DNA of 64,000 nt from an uncultured candidate division Zixibacteria bacterium (lineage in GTDB: Bacteria; Zixibacteria; MSB-5A5; UBA10806): the NCBI GenBank assembly GCA_963817915.1, contig CAWFQL010000017.1:276308-340307 (forward strand), written 5' to 3'. Below are positions 62,436 through 64,000 of this stretch, in pieces (within the stretch, counting starts at the first letter, position 1; each line of letters begins with the position of its first letter). A program made the translations under genes and the position numbers. A model generated the notes under the pieces. It worked only from the letters and a program-made list of their open reading frames with translations, had not been told where the DNA came from and searched no databases.

Positions 62436-64000
62436 ATGAAAGAAATTCCAAAAGCTTACGAGCCGCAACTCGCTGAAGAGAAATGGTATCCCCGTTGGAT
62501 TAAGTCCGGATTATTCCATGGACAGCCCAATTCAACGAAAAAGCCATATTCGATTGTAATCCCCCCGCCTAATGTCACTGATGTTTTGCATATTGGCCAT
62601 GCGCTTAACACGACTCTGCAGGATATTCTGATACGTTGGAAGAGATCGCGAGGGTATGAGGCGGAATGGGTGCCAGGGGTTGATCATGCGGGTATCGCTA
62701 CTCAGGTTGTAGTCGAAAAAAATCTGGCTAAAGAAGGGATATCCCGCCAAAAAATAGGGCGCGATAAATTTGTCAAACGTGTATGGGAATGGAAAGAGCA
62801 AAAATTTAATAGAATTATCGATCAGCTCAAACGAATCGGCTGCAGCTGCGACTGGGAAAGAACTCGTTTTACCATGGACGAGGGCCTCTCGCGGGCAGTG
62901 CTGGAAGTGTTCGTAACCCTGTATGAAGAGGGGTTGATTTACCGCGGCAACCGCCTGATTAATTGGTGTCCGCGATGCCTGACATCATTATCGGATGACG
63001 AACTCGAAAGAGAAGAAATCGATTCTCATTTATGGTATATCAAATACAAGATTAAAGGCCTCGATGAATACCTCGAAGTCGCCACCACTCGTCCAGAGAC
63101 GATGCTCGGCGATACTGCTCTGGCGGTCAATCCCCACGATAGAAAATACCGAAAATTGGTGGGGAAAACGGCTATACTGCCCATCTTGGATCGTGATCTA
63201 ATTATCGTCGCAGATGACTATGTCGATGTCGATTTCGGCACCGGCGTTGTTAAGATAACCCCGGCGCATGATCAAAACGATTTCGAAGTCGCGGAACGGC
63301 ATTCATTGCCCAAGATTAATATTCTCAATCCCGATGGTTCATTAAATGAAAATGCCGGGAAATTCGCCAAAATGGATCGTTATGAAGCCCGCACAAAAAT
63401 CGTGGCTGAGCTTAAAGAACGTGGTCTATTAGAAAAGGTCGAGGAATATAAGCTATCAGTATCGACATGCTATCGCTGTCATACAGTTATAGAACCATAT
63501 CTTTCGGAGCAATGGTTTGTGAAGATGAAACCATTGGCCGAACCTGCAATTGCGGCGTTGAAAAATAACGAGCTCAAGTTCCATCCCGAACATTGGGGCA
63601 AAACCTATCTCTACTGGCTTGAGAATATTCGAGATTGGTGCATTTCCCGTCAGCTTTGGTGGGGCCATCGAATACCAGCATATTATTGCAAGGAATGCAA
63701 TGAAATTGTTGTCGCGCGGCAGGCTCCCAAAGAATGTCCCAAATGCCATTCGACCAAAATCGAACAAGACCCCGATGTGCTCGATACCTGGTTTTCGTCA
63801 TGGCTGTGGCCATTTTCGACTCTTGGATGGCCTGATAAAACTCCCGAATTCGAGAAATTTTTCCCGACCGGATCTCTTTTTACAGCCTCCGAAATAATTT
63901 ATCTCTGGGTTGCCCGAATGATAATGGCGTCATACAAATTTACCGGTAAATTGCCATTTTCAGATGTCTATATTCACGGGACAGTCAGAGATGCCGACGG
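62436..64000 (+). CDS. valS: Valyl-tRNA synthetase, N-terminal ~521 codons (3' end beyond window; missing from the supplied ORF track because no stop codon lies inside the window)
   Basis: Manual translation gives an uninterrupted frame: PPPNVTDVLHIGHAL (HIGH motif), WVPGVDHAGIATQ, IGCSCDWERTRFTMD, TTRPETMLGDTALAVNP, DFGTGVVKITPAHDQND, DTWFSSWLWPFSTLGWP. Confidence 0.9.
   Translation, partial: MKEIPKAYEPQLAEEKWYPRWIKSGLFHGQPNSTKKPYSIVIPPPNVTDVLHIGHALNTTLQDILIRWKRSRGYEAEWVPGVDHAGIATQVVVEKNLAKEGISRQKIGRDKFVKRVWEWKEQKFNRIIDQLKRIGCSCDWERTRFTMDEGLSRAVLEVFVTLYEEGLIYRGNRLINWCPRCLTSLSDDELEREEIDSHLWYIKYKIKGLDEYLEVATTRPETMLGDTALAVNPHDRKYRKLVGKTAILPILDRDLIIVADDYVDVDFGTGVVKITPAHDQNDFEVAERHSLPKINILNPDGSLNENAGKFAKMDRYEARTKIVAELKERGLLEKVEEYKLSVSTCYRCHTVIEPYLSEQWFVKMKPLAEPAIAALKNNELKFHPEHWGKTYLYWLENIRDWCISRQLWWGHRIPAYYCKECNEIVVARQAPKECPKCHSTKIEQDPDVLDTWFSSWLWPFSTLGWPDKTPEFEKFFPTGSLFTASEIIYLWVARMIMASYKFTGKLPFSDVYIHGTVRDAD

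Overview
The window is a 64 kb chromosomal segment from a Gram-negative bacterium of the FCB group (Bacteroidota / Ignavibacteriota / candidate-phylum-like). GC content is roughly 43% by eye, and genes on the + strand occupy almost everything from 1 to 59.4 kb. The FCB-group assignment rests on four things: type IX secretion (T9SS) C-terminal sorting domains on three secreted proteins (a C1 papain-like peptidase, a PD40/CARDB beta-propeller protein and an M6/FG-GAP metalloprotease); an adjacent porU-porV pair; a complete MoxR/Bat aerotolerance operon; and a contiguous bshC-bshA-bshB bacillithiol cluster. Housekeeping genes present are lptD, HU, ftsK, a LolA-like gene, rimO, a lytic transglycosylase, a BamD-like gene, nadD, polA, coaE, a class II aldolase, an RND efflux operon, nth and valS (3' partial; it runs off the window and is absent from the supplied ORF track). 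The most unusual features are (i) a PorV-like outer-membrane barrel carrying a ~500-aa Reg_prop-type beta-propeller insertion next to PorU, (ii) an outer-membrane gene block of two tandem paralogs, an NHL lipoprotein, a ~1100-aa OM protein and a POTRA/Omp85 protein, and (iii) a divergently placed module pairing a NapH-like membrane polyferredoxin with a Tat-exported DUF362 protein. At least eight conserved genes (lptD, nadD, polA, the big OMP, a ubiA-family gene twice, batE-like, bshC) show single-nucleotide frameshifts. Because essential genes are hit, these look like assembly indel errors (MAG or long-read data) rather than biology. No rRNA, tRNA or CRISPR array was recognised by eye.
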